Part shown: piece after piece, positions 1-9,227 of the stretch
How positions within the stretch are numbered: the stretch's first letter is position 1
How the letters are laid out: each line of letters starts with the position of its first letter
DNA from: an uncultured Gemmatimonadaceae bacterium
GTDB lineage: Bacteria > Gemmatimonadota > Gemmatimonadetes > Longimicrobiales > Gaopeijiaceae
Length of the DNA stretch: 64,000 nt
Direction of reading: 5' to 3'
Assembly: GCA_964546115.1 (NCBI GenBank)
Contig: CAZJIM010000002.1
Location: forward strand, 1,742-65,741
The notes under the pieces: generated by a model
The model's input: the letters and a program-made list of their open reading frames with translations, nothing else
Told to the model about the DNA's origin: nothing
The model's database searches: none
Program-made: the position numbers and the translations under genes

Positions 1-507
1 CAGTCGCCGAGCTATAGTCCGATCACTGACTGGTATTACCTAGGCATAAACAACTCTTGCATGGACGTTGTCTTCGGATCGGAGGAGTATGAGCCAGGTG
101 AGAGATATGTGGGGATGCGAGGCACTCCGAAACTTGTACCAGGGTACGATTACGTCGGGGAGTTCGTAGCGTTCGATCCAGCAGCCGGAGAGAGAGTATG
201 GGAGTATCGTTCCCCCAGCGGGGCCGCGATGACGGCCTCGGCACTTGTGACGGCAGGTGGCATCGTCTTTGGCGGAACTGCGAATCGTGAGTTTTTCGCC
301 TTGGATGGCGATACGGGGGAAGTCCTCTGGGAAACCCGTCTAAACGGGGACATATCGGGAGCTCCGGTCACCTTCGAGGTAGATGGGAGGCAGTATGTGG
401 CGGTGGGTTCGGGGGGTCGGATCGCGCAGACGACTTCTTATGCGGGGTTGGTCGGTATTGACATTCCACAGGGAACGGGCGTCATGTGGGTCTTCGCTCT
501 TCCGTAG
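1..507 (+). CDS. PQQ-dependent (quinoprotein) dehydrogenase, C-terminal fragment (5' end outside window)
   Basis: Frame 1 is open from nt 1 to TAG 505-507. Beta-propeller W-motif repeats (FDPAAGERVWEY, FALDGDTGEVLWE, GAPVTFEVDGRQYVAVGSGG) are typical of PQQ alcohol/glucose dehydrogenases. Confidence 0.7.
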   Translation, partial: QSPSYSPITDWYYLGINNSCMDVVFGSEEYEPGERYVGMRGTPKLVPGYDYVGEFVAFDPAAGERVWEYRSPSGAAMTASALVTAGGIVFGGTANREFFALDGDTGEVLWETRLNGDISGAPVTFEVDGRQYVAVGSGGRIAQTTSYAGLVGIDIPQGTGVMWVFALP

Positions 508-881
508 GGCACGAAGTGGACATGAACGAGAAAAAAAACGTGTCTCCAAAAGGTCTGACCCTGTGATCCCCCCTCGTAGCCCCGCTCCCGCAGTTTCCCC
601 AACGGAGTCGTGGCCGGGAGATTGACGTGCTGGAGCCGTGCCCTCCTTGTACGTATCCTCCCCAAAGTTCCACGGGGCGATGTGACATCCACTGTCAAGA
701 TTTGTAAGAGCTGTTGCAGTAGTAATTTAGGACATATGTATTCTGGTGTTGCATTAACTTATCAAGCCTTTTGGCTGTCTGATTTTCGACAGGCGCTGGA
801 AAATCGTCGGCCACCAGACCAGGTGGGTGTATAGCGTCGTTGTCTGGTCCCCATCTACTTGACTCCCCCGTCTCATCCCAA

Positions 882-900
882 CTAGTTTAGGCTAACCTAA
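882..900 (+). promoter_or_regulatory. DtxR/IdeR-type iron box (operator) overlapping the promoter of the dtxR-MCO-ZIP operon
   Basis: CTAGTTTAGGCTAACCTAA matches 17/19 positions of the iron-box consensus TTAGGTTAGGCTAACCTAA (consensus recalled from memory). It is immediately followed by a perfect -10 hexamer TATAAT (901-906), 26 nt upstream of the regulator ATG at 932. Confidence 0.55.
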
Positions 901-931
901 TATAATCATTAGGCGAGGCTCACTGACCAAT

Positions 932-1609
932 ATGTCACAGTCTGTCGAAGACTATCTCAAAGCCATCTATGGCTTGGCGCACGAGGGGGAGTTCGTGCAA
1001 ACTGGTGCGCTCGCAGCAGTGTTGGGGGTCTCACCAGCTTCGGTCAGCGGGATGGTCCGGCGACTTGCCGATATTGGGCTAGTAGAACGCGCAGCCTATC
1101 GTGGTGTCAGTTTGACTGACAAGGGACGCCGAGCAGCGCTCCGGGTCATTCGCCGGCACCGGATCCTTGAAACCTACCTTGCTCAAGCTCTTGGGTGGGA
1201 TTGGGACATGGTGCACGAGGAGGCCGAGCGCCTCGAGCATGCCGCCTCTGATCAGCTGATCGAGCGGATGGCTGAGGTGCTCGATGATCCGAGATATGAT
1301 CCTCATGGTGCGCCGATCCCAACTAAGGAAGGGGAAGTGGAGCAACAGGAGTTGGTGCCCATGAGCGAGGTCGCGGTGGGGACACTTGGGGAGGTCCGAC
1401 TGGTCAGCGACGATGACCCCAAACGACTCCGCTACGTCGGGTCTCTCGGGTTTCGAGTTGGCGCTCGGTTCGAGGTGCTGGAAACGACGCCCTTCCGAGG
1501 ACCGGTCACCGTACGGCTCATGGATACTGGCGCTCGACCGCAGGTGATCGGGTTCGAGTTGGCGCAGTCGCTTTTGTCTTTTCCCTTGGGGCGGGAGGTA
1601 GCAGTATGA
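932..1609 (+). CDS. DtxR/IdeR/MntR-family metal-dependent transcriptional repressor
   Basis: 225 aa. N-terminal wHTH (MSQSVEDYLKAIYGL...SVSGMVRRL), dimerisation/metal-site region (RRHRILETYL...HEEAERLEH) and a C-terminal FeoA/SH3-like domain. The stop overlaps the next start (ATGA 1606-1609). Confidence 0.9.
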   Translation: MSQSVEDYLKAIYGLAHEGEFVQTGALAAVLGVSPASVSGMVRRLADIGLVERAAYRGVSLTDKGRRAALRVIRRHRILETYLAQALGWDWDMVHEEAERLEHAASDQLIERMAEVLDDPRYDPHGAPIPTKEGEVEQQELVPMSEVAVGTLGEVRLVSDDDPKRLRYVGSLGFRVGARFEVLETTPFRGPVTVRLMDTGARPQVIGFELAQSLLSFPLGREVAV

Positions 1610-2610
1610 ATGACCGTTCGATGTCCCGGCGCCAGCTCCTTACGCGGAGCGCGCTAGGTGCCGCCGGCCTCGTCGTGGGAAAGCAAGCGCTGAATGCCAC
1701 CGAGGAACACCTTCCGGTGCTAAACCCCGGCGATCCTTCGCTGGCAGGAACCAAGGGGATGGTGACTGACTCGTCGATCGATCCGATGGCTTTCCTTGAG
1801 CACTTCGACTACGGCAAGGCGTCGAAGCTGCCAGATGGCCGGACCCTTCGTGAGTACCGACTCACAGTGGTCGACCGTGATATCGAGGTAGCGCCAGGCG
1901 TGAGATACGCGGCCTGGACCTTCAATAGCCAGGTTCCTGGGCCAACACTTCGCGCGACTGAGGGCGATGTGATGCGGATTCGGTTCTCGAATGCTGGCAG
2001 CCATCCACACACCGCCCACTTCCACGGAATTCATCCGGCCGACATGGATGGGGTGTATGAGGTGGTCGAGCCCGGACAAAGCTACACCTACGAGTTCACT
2101 GCGGGCCCCGTTGGCCTCCATCTATACCACTGTCACGCTTTCCCTCTCAAGCGGCATCTTGCGAAGGGCCTCTACGGGACGTTCATCGTCGATCCCGAGA
2201 CGCCACGGCCTCCTGCACGTGAAATGGTGATGGTCATGAACGGCTTCGACACGAACTTCGACGCCTCGAATGAGACCTACGCCGTCAACACGGTACCATT
2301 CGCATATCATTCCAACCCTATTCCGGTTCATAGGGGTGAGCTGCAGAGGCTCTACATGGTCAACGTTCTTGAGTTTGACCTCATCAACTCGATGCATCTT
2401 CACGGCAACTTCTTCAATGTATTTCGGACCGGAGCGCAAGCTTCGACTGAATTCACCGACACGCTGATGTTCTGTCAGGGAGAGCGACACATTCTAGAGT
2501 TCACGTACGAGGACACAGGAAACTTTATGTTCCATGCTCACCAGGCGGAGTTCGCCGAATTAGGCTGGATGGGCGTCTTCAACGTGACGGAGCCAGCGGT
2601 AGCAGAATGA
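1606..2610 (+). CDS. Tat-exported two-domain multicopper oxidase (NirK/small-laccase-like)
   Basis: 334 aa. Twin-arginine signal (SRRQLLTRSALGAAG). Copper-ligand motifs HFHGIH, LYHCHAF (HCH), MHLHG and FHAH. Start and stop overlap both neighbours. Confidence 0.85.
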   Translation: MNDRSMSRRQLLTRSALGAAGLVVGKQALNATEEHLPVLNPGDPSLAGTKGMVTDSSIDPMAFLEHFDYGKASKLPDGRTLREYRLTVVDRDIEVAPGVRYAAWTFNSQVPGPTLRATEGDVMRIRFSNAGSHPHTAHFHGIHPADMDGVYEVVEPGQSYTYEFTAGPVGLHLYHCHAFPLKRHLAKGLYGTFIVDPETPRPPAREMVMVMNGFDTNFDASNETYAVNTVPFAYHSNPIPVHRGELQRLYMVNVLEFDLINSMHLHGNFFNVFRTGAQASTEFTDTLMFCQGERHILEFTYEDTGNFMFHAHQAEFAELGWMGVFNVTEPAVAE

Positions 2611-3758
2611 TCGGACGTCGCTGGATCTGGGGAGCTCTTCCGCTAGTGCTTCTTGCTGGTCTCGTGGTCGTGGTAACCCAGATGGGGTTGCTCGACCGGC
2701 TTCGAGGGACGTTTCCTCCGGTGGAAGAGCTCACCGTCGAGCGCGTGTCACTTGCACGGGGCTCGATCAGCCTCGCCGTCGTCAACGGCGGGCCGGAACC
2801 GTTGACTATCGCACAAGTGACTGTGGACGAGGCGTTCCGGCAGTTCACGATGACTCCTTCGACAACTCTGAATCGCTACGGTCGCGCGACGATCACGATC
2901 CCCTATCCCTGGGTCCAGGACGAGGCACACCTGGTCACATTACTGACCTCAACTGGGCTGACCTTCGAGCAGGAGATCGAACTCGCGGTCGAGACACCGA
3001 CAACCGACGCTGGGAGCCTGGGCTTGCTCACGATGATCGGGATTTACGTGGGCGTTCTTCCAGTAGCCATCGGGCTGCTATTCCTGCCATTGATCCGGAG
3101 GCTTCTGCCGGAGCGGTTCGAGGTCATGCTTGCCCTGACCGCGGGACTACTGATTTTTCTCGGTGTAGATGCCCTCTTTGAGGCGCTTGAGACGGCGGGG
3201 GAGGTGCCGGCCGCCTTCCAAGGCACTGCGCTGGTCTTGCTGGGCTCACTCGGCGCGTTCCTGGTGCTTCAGCTTGTCAGCGGTGCTGGTACTGTCCGAT
3301 CGGGGGCTGATGGACGTCGGTCCGTAGCCTGGTTCATCGCGCTCAGTATCGGACTCCACAATCTTGGCGAGGGGCTCGCGGTTGGTGCGGCTTATGCGAT
3401 CGGCGAGGCTGCGTTGACCGCCTTTCTCGTGACCGGGTTCATGATTCATAACACCACCGAAGGGCTTGCCATTGTCGCACCGGTTGCGAAGGATCAGCCA
3501 CGGCTCACGACTCTGGCTGGAATGGGCGGGCTGGCCGGCATCCCGACGATCATCGGTGCCTGGATCGGTGGGCTTGCCTTCACACCGACTCTAGCGACGC
3601 TCTTCATTTCTATTGGTGTTGGTGCGATCGCACAGGTGGTGGCAGTTCTCTTCCGGATGTTCAATAGAGGTGGGGAAGGGGTATGGCGACCCGCTATTGC
3701 TGGCGGTGTGCTCGCAGGTTTGGCGGTCATGTACGTGACCGGGCTTCTGGTCGGGTAA
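2607..3758 (+). CDS. ZIP-family divalent metal transporter with an N-terminal extra domain
   Basis: 383 aa. The C-terminal polytopic region carries ZIP/ZupT signatures HNLGEGLAVG and HNTTEGLA. An extra ~130-aa domain follows a single N-terminal TM. ATGA overlap with the MCO gene. Confidence 0.85.
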   Translation: MIGRRWIWGALPLVLLAGLVVVVTQMGLLDRLRGTFPPVEELTVERVSLARGSISLAVVNGGPEPLTIAQVTVDEAFRQFTMTPSTTLNRYGRATITIPYPWVQDEAHLVTLLTSTGLTFEQEIELAVETPTTDAGSLGLLTMIGIYVGVLPVAIGLLFLPLIRRLLPERFEVMLALTAGLLIFLGVDALFEALETAGEVPAAFQGTALVLLGSLGAFLVLQLVSGAGTVRSGADGRRSVAWFIALSIGLHNLGEGLAVGAAYAIGEAALTAFLVTGFMIHNTTEGLAIVAPVAKDQPRLTTLAGMGGLAGIPTIIGAWIGGLAFTPTLATLFISIGVGAIAQVVAVLFRMFNRGGEGVWRPAIAGGVLAGLAVMYVTGLLVG

Positions 3759-4289
3759 ATCCCTCCCCTGGACTCTATCCGCTAGTTCTGCGAGGGTCAT
3801 CTGATTGGCCCGGTCGATCACGTTCGGGAAGGCTCTTGTAGTGCGCTGCATACCCTCGGCGGGCACCAAAGGCGGGGGTATCAAGCGTCGTGTGGTAGAT
3901 CACGTGGTCAATATCGTGGCCGTGGATATCACTATGCGGGTGGGGGTTCTGTATCTCCCCATAAAACCCGAGGTCGCAATCGCTTAGGGTGGCCCCCGAT
4001 GTACTAGGTTGATGGGTTGGGTCGTAGTGAGGTGACGAAGTGATATCCTTCCGATACGTGCCCCCGCTCCATCCCGATCTGCGGTCTGGTGACCACCAAA
4101 CGGGGTGGGCCGGGGGCGCGACGGTCTTACCAAGTAGGGATTTGACCCTTTCGGATCGCTTCCACATTCTTCAACGCTAAGCGGTAGCCAGAGCACCGAA
4201 TCGGCCGATTAAGAGACACCCGAGACGAACGGGGTTATCCGAGACGTGATCCCGGCGCACGAATAGGCGACATCTCTGGACGAGGATCC

Positions 4290-5912
4290 ATGTCATCTTC
4301 ACACCGAGGGCGCGCGCAGAAAGAGCGCCGAGAGCAAAAGCAGCAAGATTCGCTGCGCACATCTACGGTGACACCCTCGACTCATAAAGGGTTCTTTCTG
4401 CCAGTGGTGATGATGGTGGTTCTGGTGGTGCTGTCGTTTCTGCCTCGTATGCAGGACAATCCCATTCTCTCCGGGTCGTTCTGGGGCGCAGCCATTGTGC
4501 TCCTGGTTTGGCAGATCGCTCTTTTCCTACGGTTCAAAGGTGGATCGGTTGTTCCGTCACTCCGCATCGAGTTGCGCCCACAGCATTACTTGCAGGCGCT
4601 CGTCCAGATTGCAGTGTTCGCCTACTGGGGTTGGTACTGGCGCCCCGTATATGACTTTGCTTTGCTCCTCGTCGCTCAACTGGCCTTCGCCTACGCCTTC
4701 GACATGCTTCTCGCTTGGTCCCGACGGGCGAGCTACGTCCTGGGCTTTGGTCCCTTTCCGATCATCTTCAGCACCAACCTGTTCCTGTGGTTCAGGGACG
4801 ACTGGTTCTACCTGCAGTTTCTGATGGTTGCGGTGGGGTTTCTAGGGAAAGAGTTCGTACGCTGGAACCGTGAGGGAAGGCGTAAGCACATCTTCAACCC
4901 TTCCGCATTCTCATTGGGCCTTTTCTCACTCGTTTTGATCGTCACGGGCATGAGTGACCTGACCTGGGGACAGGACATTGCATCGACACTGACCCTGGCG
5001 CCCCGGATTTATCTGTTCTTGTTCTTGCTTGGCTTGGTTGTCATGTATTTCTTTTCGATCACACTGGTTGCAGGGACCGCGGCGGCTGTGCTCTTCGGTC
5101 TGAGTGGGCTCTACTTCGCCTGGGAGGGAGTTCCCTACTTCGTCGATTCCGACATCCCCGCTGCGGTGTTTCTCGGACTTCATCTTCTGGTGACCGATCC
5201 GTCCACCTCACCTAGAAGTCTCTTGGGAAAGGCCGTATTTGGAGCGGGATATGGAGTGGGAGTCTTTGTCCTATATGCCCTACTCGGAGCCCTCGGGGCT
5301 CCAACATACTACGACAAGCTCCTCGCCGTTCCGCTCTTAAACCTGAGCATTCAGTGGATCGATCACCTGTTTCACTCAATCCGAGTGAGCTCCATCGTGG
5401 GTCGTTGGCGTCTGTCTTGGGATCAAAGGCGTATGAACCTCGCGTATATGGGTGTTTGGATCCTGCTCTTCAGCGCCATGACTGCCATGGGGAAGACTGA
5501 CGGTAAGCACACTGGAGACAGCTTACCTTTTTGGGAGCAAGCCTGTAAAGAAGACCTACGAAACGCATGCCAGCAGCTGGTCCGACTGGAATTGACCTAC
5601 TGTGGTGATAACTCCGCCTGGGCCTGCAACGAACTAGGTAGGCACTACATCGAAGGGGAGGTCATTCCGCCCGATTCTGAACTCGCGCTGGTCTATTTCT
5701 CGAGGGCGTGTGAACTCCGGTTCCAGGCGGGCTGCGTGAATCTGTTGGATCCGGCGATTGTCAGCCGGTCGGAGCCGAAGGTTCTGGACCTGAGGCTACT
5801 CTTGCGTGAAGGAGGAGGTAATCTGATGGAGATGCCGGAGACTTACCTTTATGCTCGCGCCTGCGAGCACGGTTGGGCCTTCGCCTGTGGCAGAGCAGCG
5901 GGTTCAACTTGA
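4290..5912 (+). CDS. Polytopic membrane protein with C-terminal Cys-rich Sel1/Hcp-like repeats
   Basis: 540 aa. About 10 predicted hydrophobic helices over aa 35-400. The C-terminus has repeats of the Helicobacter Hcp/Sel1 type (WACNELGRHYIEGEV...ALVYFSRACELRFQAGC...YARACEHGWAFACG). The exact start is uncertain. Confidence 0.6.
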   Translation: MSSSHRGRAQKERREQKQQDSLRTSTVTPSTHKGFFLPVVMMVVLVVLSFLPRMQDNPILSGSFWGAAIVLLVWQIALFLRFKGGSVVPSLRIELRPQHYLQALVQIAVFAYWGWYWRPVYDFALLLVAQLAFAYAFDMLLAWSRRASYVLGFGPFPIIFSTNLFLWFRDDWFYLQFLMVAVGFLGKEFVRWNREGRRKHIFNPSAFSLGLFSLVLIVTGMSDLTWGQDIASTLTLAPRIYLFLFLLGLVVMYFFSITLVAGTAAAVLFGLSGLYFAWEGVPYFVDSDIPAAVFLGLHLLVTDPSTSPRSLLGKAVFGAGYGVGVFVLYALLGALGAPTYYDKLLAVPLLNLSIQWIDHLFHSIRVSSIVGRWRLSWDQRRMNLAYMGVWILLFSAMTAMGKTDGKHTGDSLPFWEQACKEDLRNACQQLVRLELTYCGDNSAWACNELGRHYIEGEVIPPDSELALVYFSRACELRFQAGCVNLLDPAIVSRSEPKVLDLRLLLREGGGNLMEMPETYLYARACEHGWAFACGRAAGST

Positions 5913-5914
5913 CC

Positions 5915-6871
5915 ATGGGGCGTCGGGCACCATTGAAGGGGAATCTAGGCGTAGCACTCCTGACCGCGCTCTTGCCCCTTATTGCAGTTTGGACCTACAT
6001 GCAGATGTCACGATCAGTATCGGCGGCCGAAGCCGCCCAGGCAGTTCCACCGCCGGCCGCTAGCGAGGCCAGCGTCTTGGAGCCTCCACAGTTTCGATCC
6101 GAAGTATGGTTTCTTCCTGACGAGGAGTTCCATGGCTTCGTGGAGATCCTGGCGGGCCCGTTCCTGATGGGGAGTGACCCGTCCGTAGATACGCTGGCAT
6201 TCGACAGTGAGCGTTGGGCACCTGGCCAGGTACAGGGGGCTGTGTACCTGCCCACCTTCTACATCGGGCGGTACGAGGTCACCGTGGCGCAGTTCCGGGC
6301 GTTTGTCGAGGCGACCGGATTCAGGGTCGATGACCAGATGCTCGACCTTCCCCCTAACCACCCGGTCGCATTCGTCTCTTGGCCGGATGCGCTTGCCTAC
6401 TCCCGTTGGCTCGAAGCGATGCTCAGAGAGGGGCCTGAGACATCGCCACAACTGCGCCAACTTCTAGTTGATGGATGGCGGGTCAGTTTGCCGAGCGAGG
6501 CGGAGTGGGAGAAAGCGGCGCGTGGGATGGATGGGCGTATTTTCCCATGGGGGGATGAATTCACGCCCGAGCGGGCGAACTACGCCGGGAGCGGAACGAT
6601 CCCCGTTGGAAGCTTTGACTGTTCGGAGTGTTCGTTCGGGCTGTCGGATATGAGTGGGAATGTCTGGGAGTGGACGCGGAGTCCGTATCAGCCCTACCCC
6701 TACGATGAGACAGATGACAGGGAGGGCCTGGAGACCGATGCGCTGTGGGTGATGCGTGGTGGCGGTTTTGGCGATACGGAGCAGAACGTCCGTAGTGCTG
6801 TTCGGGGCGGGGCGGATCCCGGTGTTCGCCGCGGTTTCATCGGGTTTCGCATTGTGATCTCGCGTTTCTAA
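5915..6871 (+). CDS. Formylglycine-generating-enzyme (SUMF1/FGE-sulfatase) domain protein, membrane-anchored
   Basis: ATG 5915 lies 2 nt after the upstream stop, and the longer ORF from 5873 would overlap that gene. There is an N-terminal TM (ALLTALLPLIAVW). FGE-domain motifs are GRYEVTVAQFRAF, HPVAFVSWPDALAY, LPSEAEWEKAARG, GNVWEWT and MRGGGF. Confidence 0.85.
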   Translation: MGRRAPLKGNLGVALLTALLPLIAVWTYMQMSRSVSAAEAAQAVPPPAASEASVLEPPQFRSEVWFLPDEEFHGFVEILAGPFLMGSDPSVDTLAFDSERWAPGQVQGAVYLPTFYIGRYEVTVAQFRAFVEATGFRVDDQMLDLPPNHPVAFVSWPDALAYSRWLEAMLREGPETSPQLRQLLVDGWRVSLPSEAEWEKAARGMDGRIFPWGDEFTPERANYAGSGTIPVGSFDCSECSFGLSDMSGNVWEWTRSPYQPYPYDETDDREGLETDALWVMRGGGFGDTEQNVRSAVRGGADPGVRRGFIGFRIVISRF

Positions 6872-7663
6872 CTCGGGGTTAATTCTGCGGGATCATGACG
6901 TGAACCACCTCAGTCTCCTCCCGCATCAGCTAAGGCTAATGGTCGTTCTCCTCTGTCGGTAACCCTGTCGTGGCTCCAGGGGCTCCGGGAATGGTGATCG
7001 CGACAATGAGCTCTGCACTCTTGGGGTTCCGGCCTGTGAGTGGGTGCTCGGTCCCGCTGTTGTTAATGCCGAACTGGCCTTCTTTCATCTCGGTGTCCAA
7101 CGATCTAGGCGATATCGTCGATCGACGTGCTCTGACCCAGGAACGCGGGTATTGATCAACTATTGCTTCTAAGTCATCGATGATGGCATTAAGCGCAATA
7201 AAAACCCGGCGGGAAGGAGAACAGCCTGCACTCTACATCGTTGGTCCCTTTGCGAAGTGCAGTGGGCTGACCCGATTCCTCTTAATTGACGACCGTGGCC
7301 TCGCTTCGAAGAGACTCTAGCAGGGGCAGTAGTGCCCGCTAGATCAGTTCCTGGGTGTCCTGGCCGGAGGCTGGAAGCGCCGCTAAGCTCAAGAGGAGTA
7401 GCGAGAGGAATATCCTGAACACGGGGGGCGCACGCGCCATTACTCCCTCGTGGGATAGGGATGGGAACGTCGATACGGTCTCCAGGACAGTGACTTGTTA
7501 CGCCACGGTGGACCGGTACAGGCGGGGAGGCAAGAAGGTGGATTTTTGCCAACCAGGTGTGGATGCACCAGCAGACAATAGATGGACTGAGTATGGTTCA
7601 ATGGTGAGGTTCCAGTCGAACGAGGGTTCTGAGAACTTCCCGTCCCGGTTTCGGAGGTATGAG

Positions 7664-9199
7664 ATGAAGAACCAAATCGTTTCACGGATCCTTTCTCTAG
7701 GGCTCTTGCTGGTGCCCATGTCTTGCGGGGAGTCGGGTGGCCCTCCCGGTACGGACGCCTCCGAGATCGCGAACAGCGAAGTAGAGATTTCCCCGATCGT
7801 TGCGAGAGGCTTGGCTCTGGAACTCGATACCGAGTACGAGGTTCCACCCGGAGAGGCGCTCCATCACCACACTGCGGGTTTCGCCAATACTCTATGTTCT
7901 GCGGTCTTTCTCACGGGGCTGGATCCGGCCGATGCGGCCGCGAACGTGGGTGGGTTCTCGGCTCCCTTCGACCAGAGACACCATGTCGTTGATACGATTG
8001 TCGACTTCGAACGGCAGCTGGTGAGCCTCAGGCTTCCGGATGGAGTGACCAGGGCAGCTAAGAAATATGGAAGCCAGGGCTGCGTTGCGCTTGCGATCGG
8101 AGAGGATTCGGTCCACTTCACGCCTTCCGAAGTGCCGAGTCCCCTCCCTCCCGCTGAGACCACACCCTGGCCGCTGGGGGACGTGTTGTCCCAAGATCCG
8201 CTCCCGGCTGACCTTGACATGGCCAAGGTGGACGAAGCCATTGAAGTTGGTTTCGGGCCCCCGGAGGCACGGACGTTAGCGTTCGTGGTGACGCACGATG
8301 GTCGGATCGTTGGAGAGCGTTACGCGGAAGGGATCGACCTCCACTCACCGCTCGAGGGATGGTCGATGACCAAGAGCCTGACGGGCGCCCTCATGGGTGT
8401 CTTGATCCAAGAGGGCACATACGACCTCTGGCAGCCAGCGCCGATTCCAGAGTGGCAGTCGGAGGGGGATCCCAGACAGGCCATTCGCATCGGGGACATC
8501 ATGAGGATGTCTAGCGGGATCCGAATCCGTGCACCCCAGGATCCAGACTACGATCCGTCTCTCGGCTATCCGGATCATCTTTACCTGTACACCGCGACCG
8601 ACAATTCATTCGAATGGGCGGCCACCAGACCACAACAATGGGAACCCAATACGGTGGGCCGGTATCGAAACTCGGATCCGATACTCGCCAGCTATCTGAT
8701 TCGGCTCGGGGTGGAGGGCCGAGGGGGGGACTATCACTCTTTCCCCCGACGGCATTTGTTTGATCGGATAGGGATCCGAGACGCATATTTTCAGACGGAC
8801 GTGTACGGGAATTTCCTCGGGCAGGGTTACGCCTTCATGTCTGCCCGGGACTGGGCCCGTCTTGGGAACCTGTATCTGCAGGACGGGATCTGGAATGGAG
8901 AACGAATTCTGCCCGAGGGCTACGTCGAGTACGGTACCCAGCCGGCACCGGCCTGGGTAGAGGATGGCCGTCCTACGTACGGGGGTGCGTTCCTGTGGGT
9001 GAACCGAGATCTTTCCTTGCCCGTCCCAGCGGGGACCTTTGCCATGTCGGGTGCAGGAGGACAGAGTACCACGGTTATTCCGGCCCACGGCCTCGTCGTT
9101 GTACGCATCGGTAAGTACACCGGAGCCGGAGCCGGTGGGCGTGCTCTGAGAGAGGGGTTGGAGCTATTGATCGACGCCGTACCGGAGGTCGAGCGGTAA
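7664..9199 (+). CDS. Beta-lactamase-fold serine hydrolase (lipoprotein)
   Basis: GGAGG lies 6 nt upstream of ATG 7664. Lipoprotein-type signal (LLLVPMSCG). S-x-x-K (SMTK) and Y-x-N (YRN) motifs are present. The track ORF from 7355 adds 103 aa with no signal and is probably read-through. Confidence 0.8.
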   Translation: MKNQIVSRILSLGLLLVPMSCGESGGPPGTDASEIANSEVEISPIVARGLALELDTEYEVPPGEALHHHTAGFANTLCSAVFLTGLDPADAAANVGGFSAPFDQRHHVVDTIVDFERQLVSLRLPDGVTRAAKKYGSQGCVALAIGEDSVHFTPSEVPSPLPPAETTPWPLGDVLSQDPLPADLDMAKVDEAIEVGFGPPEARTLAFVVTHDGRIVGERYAEGIDLHSPLEGWSMTKSLTGALMGVLIQEGTYDLWQPAPIPEWQSEGDPRQAIRIGDIMRMSSGIRIRAPQDPDYDPSLGYPDHLYLYTATDNSFEWAATRPQQWEPNTVGRYRNSDPILASYLIRLGVEGRGGDYHSFPRRHLFDRIGIRDAYFQTDVYGNFLGQGYAFMSARDWARLGNLYLQDGIWNGERILPEGYVEYGTQPAPAWVEDGRPTYGGAFLWVNRDLSLPVPAGTFAMSGAGGQSTTVIPAHGLVVVRIGKYTGAGAGGRALREGLELLIDAVPEVER

Positions 9200-9227
9200 T
9201 GCCAGGATGAGGAGGAGTTCGAGGTGT

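Noticed and set aside
3759-4289. Overlapping short ORFs (130 aa minus strand with the His-rich segment PHPHSDIHGHDIDH, 60 aa plus strand, 70 aa minus strand) in the 531-bp gap after the ZIP gene
   Set aside because: No recognisable domain was found. GC3 is similar for the sense and antisense frames (about 68% versus 63% by hand count), so coding strand and status cannot be decided from sequence alone.
7355-7663. N-terminal 103-aa extension of the serine hydrolase ORF
   Set aside because: It has no signal peptide or motif. The internal ATG 7664 has a GGAGG SD and yields a proper lipoprotein signal.
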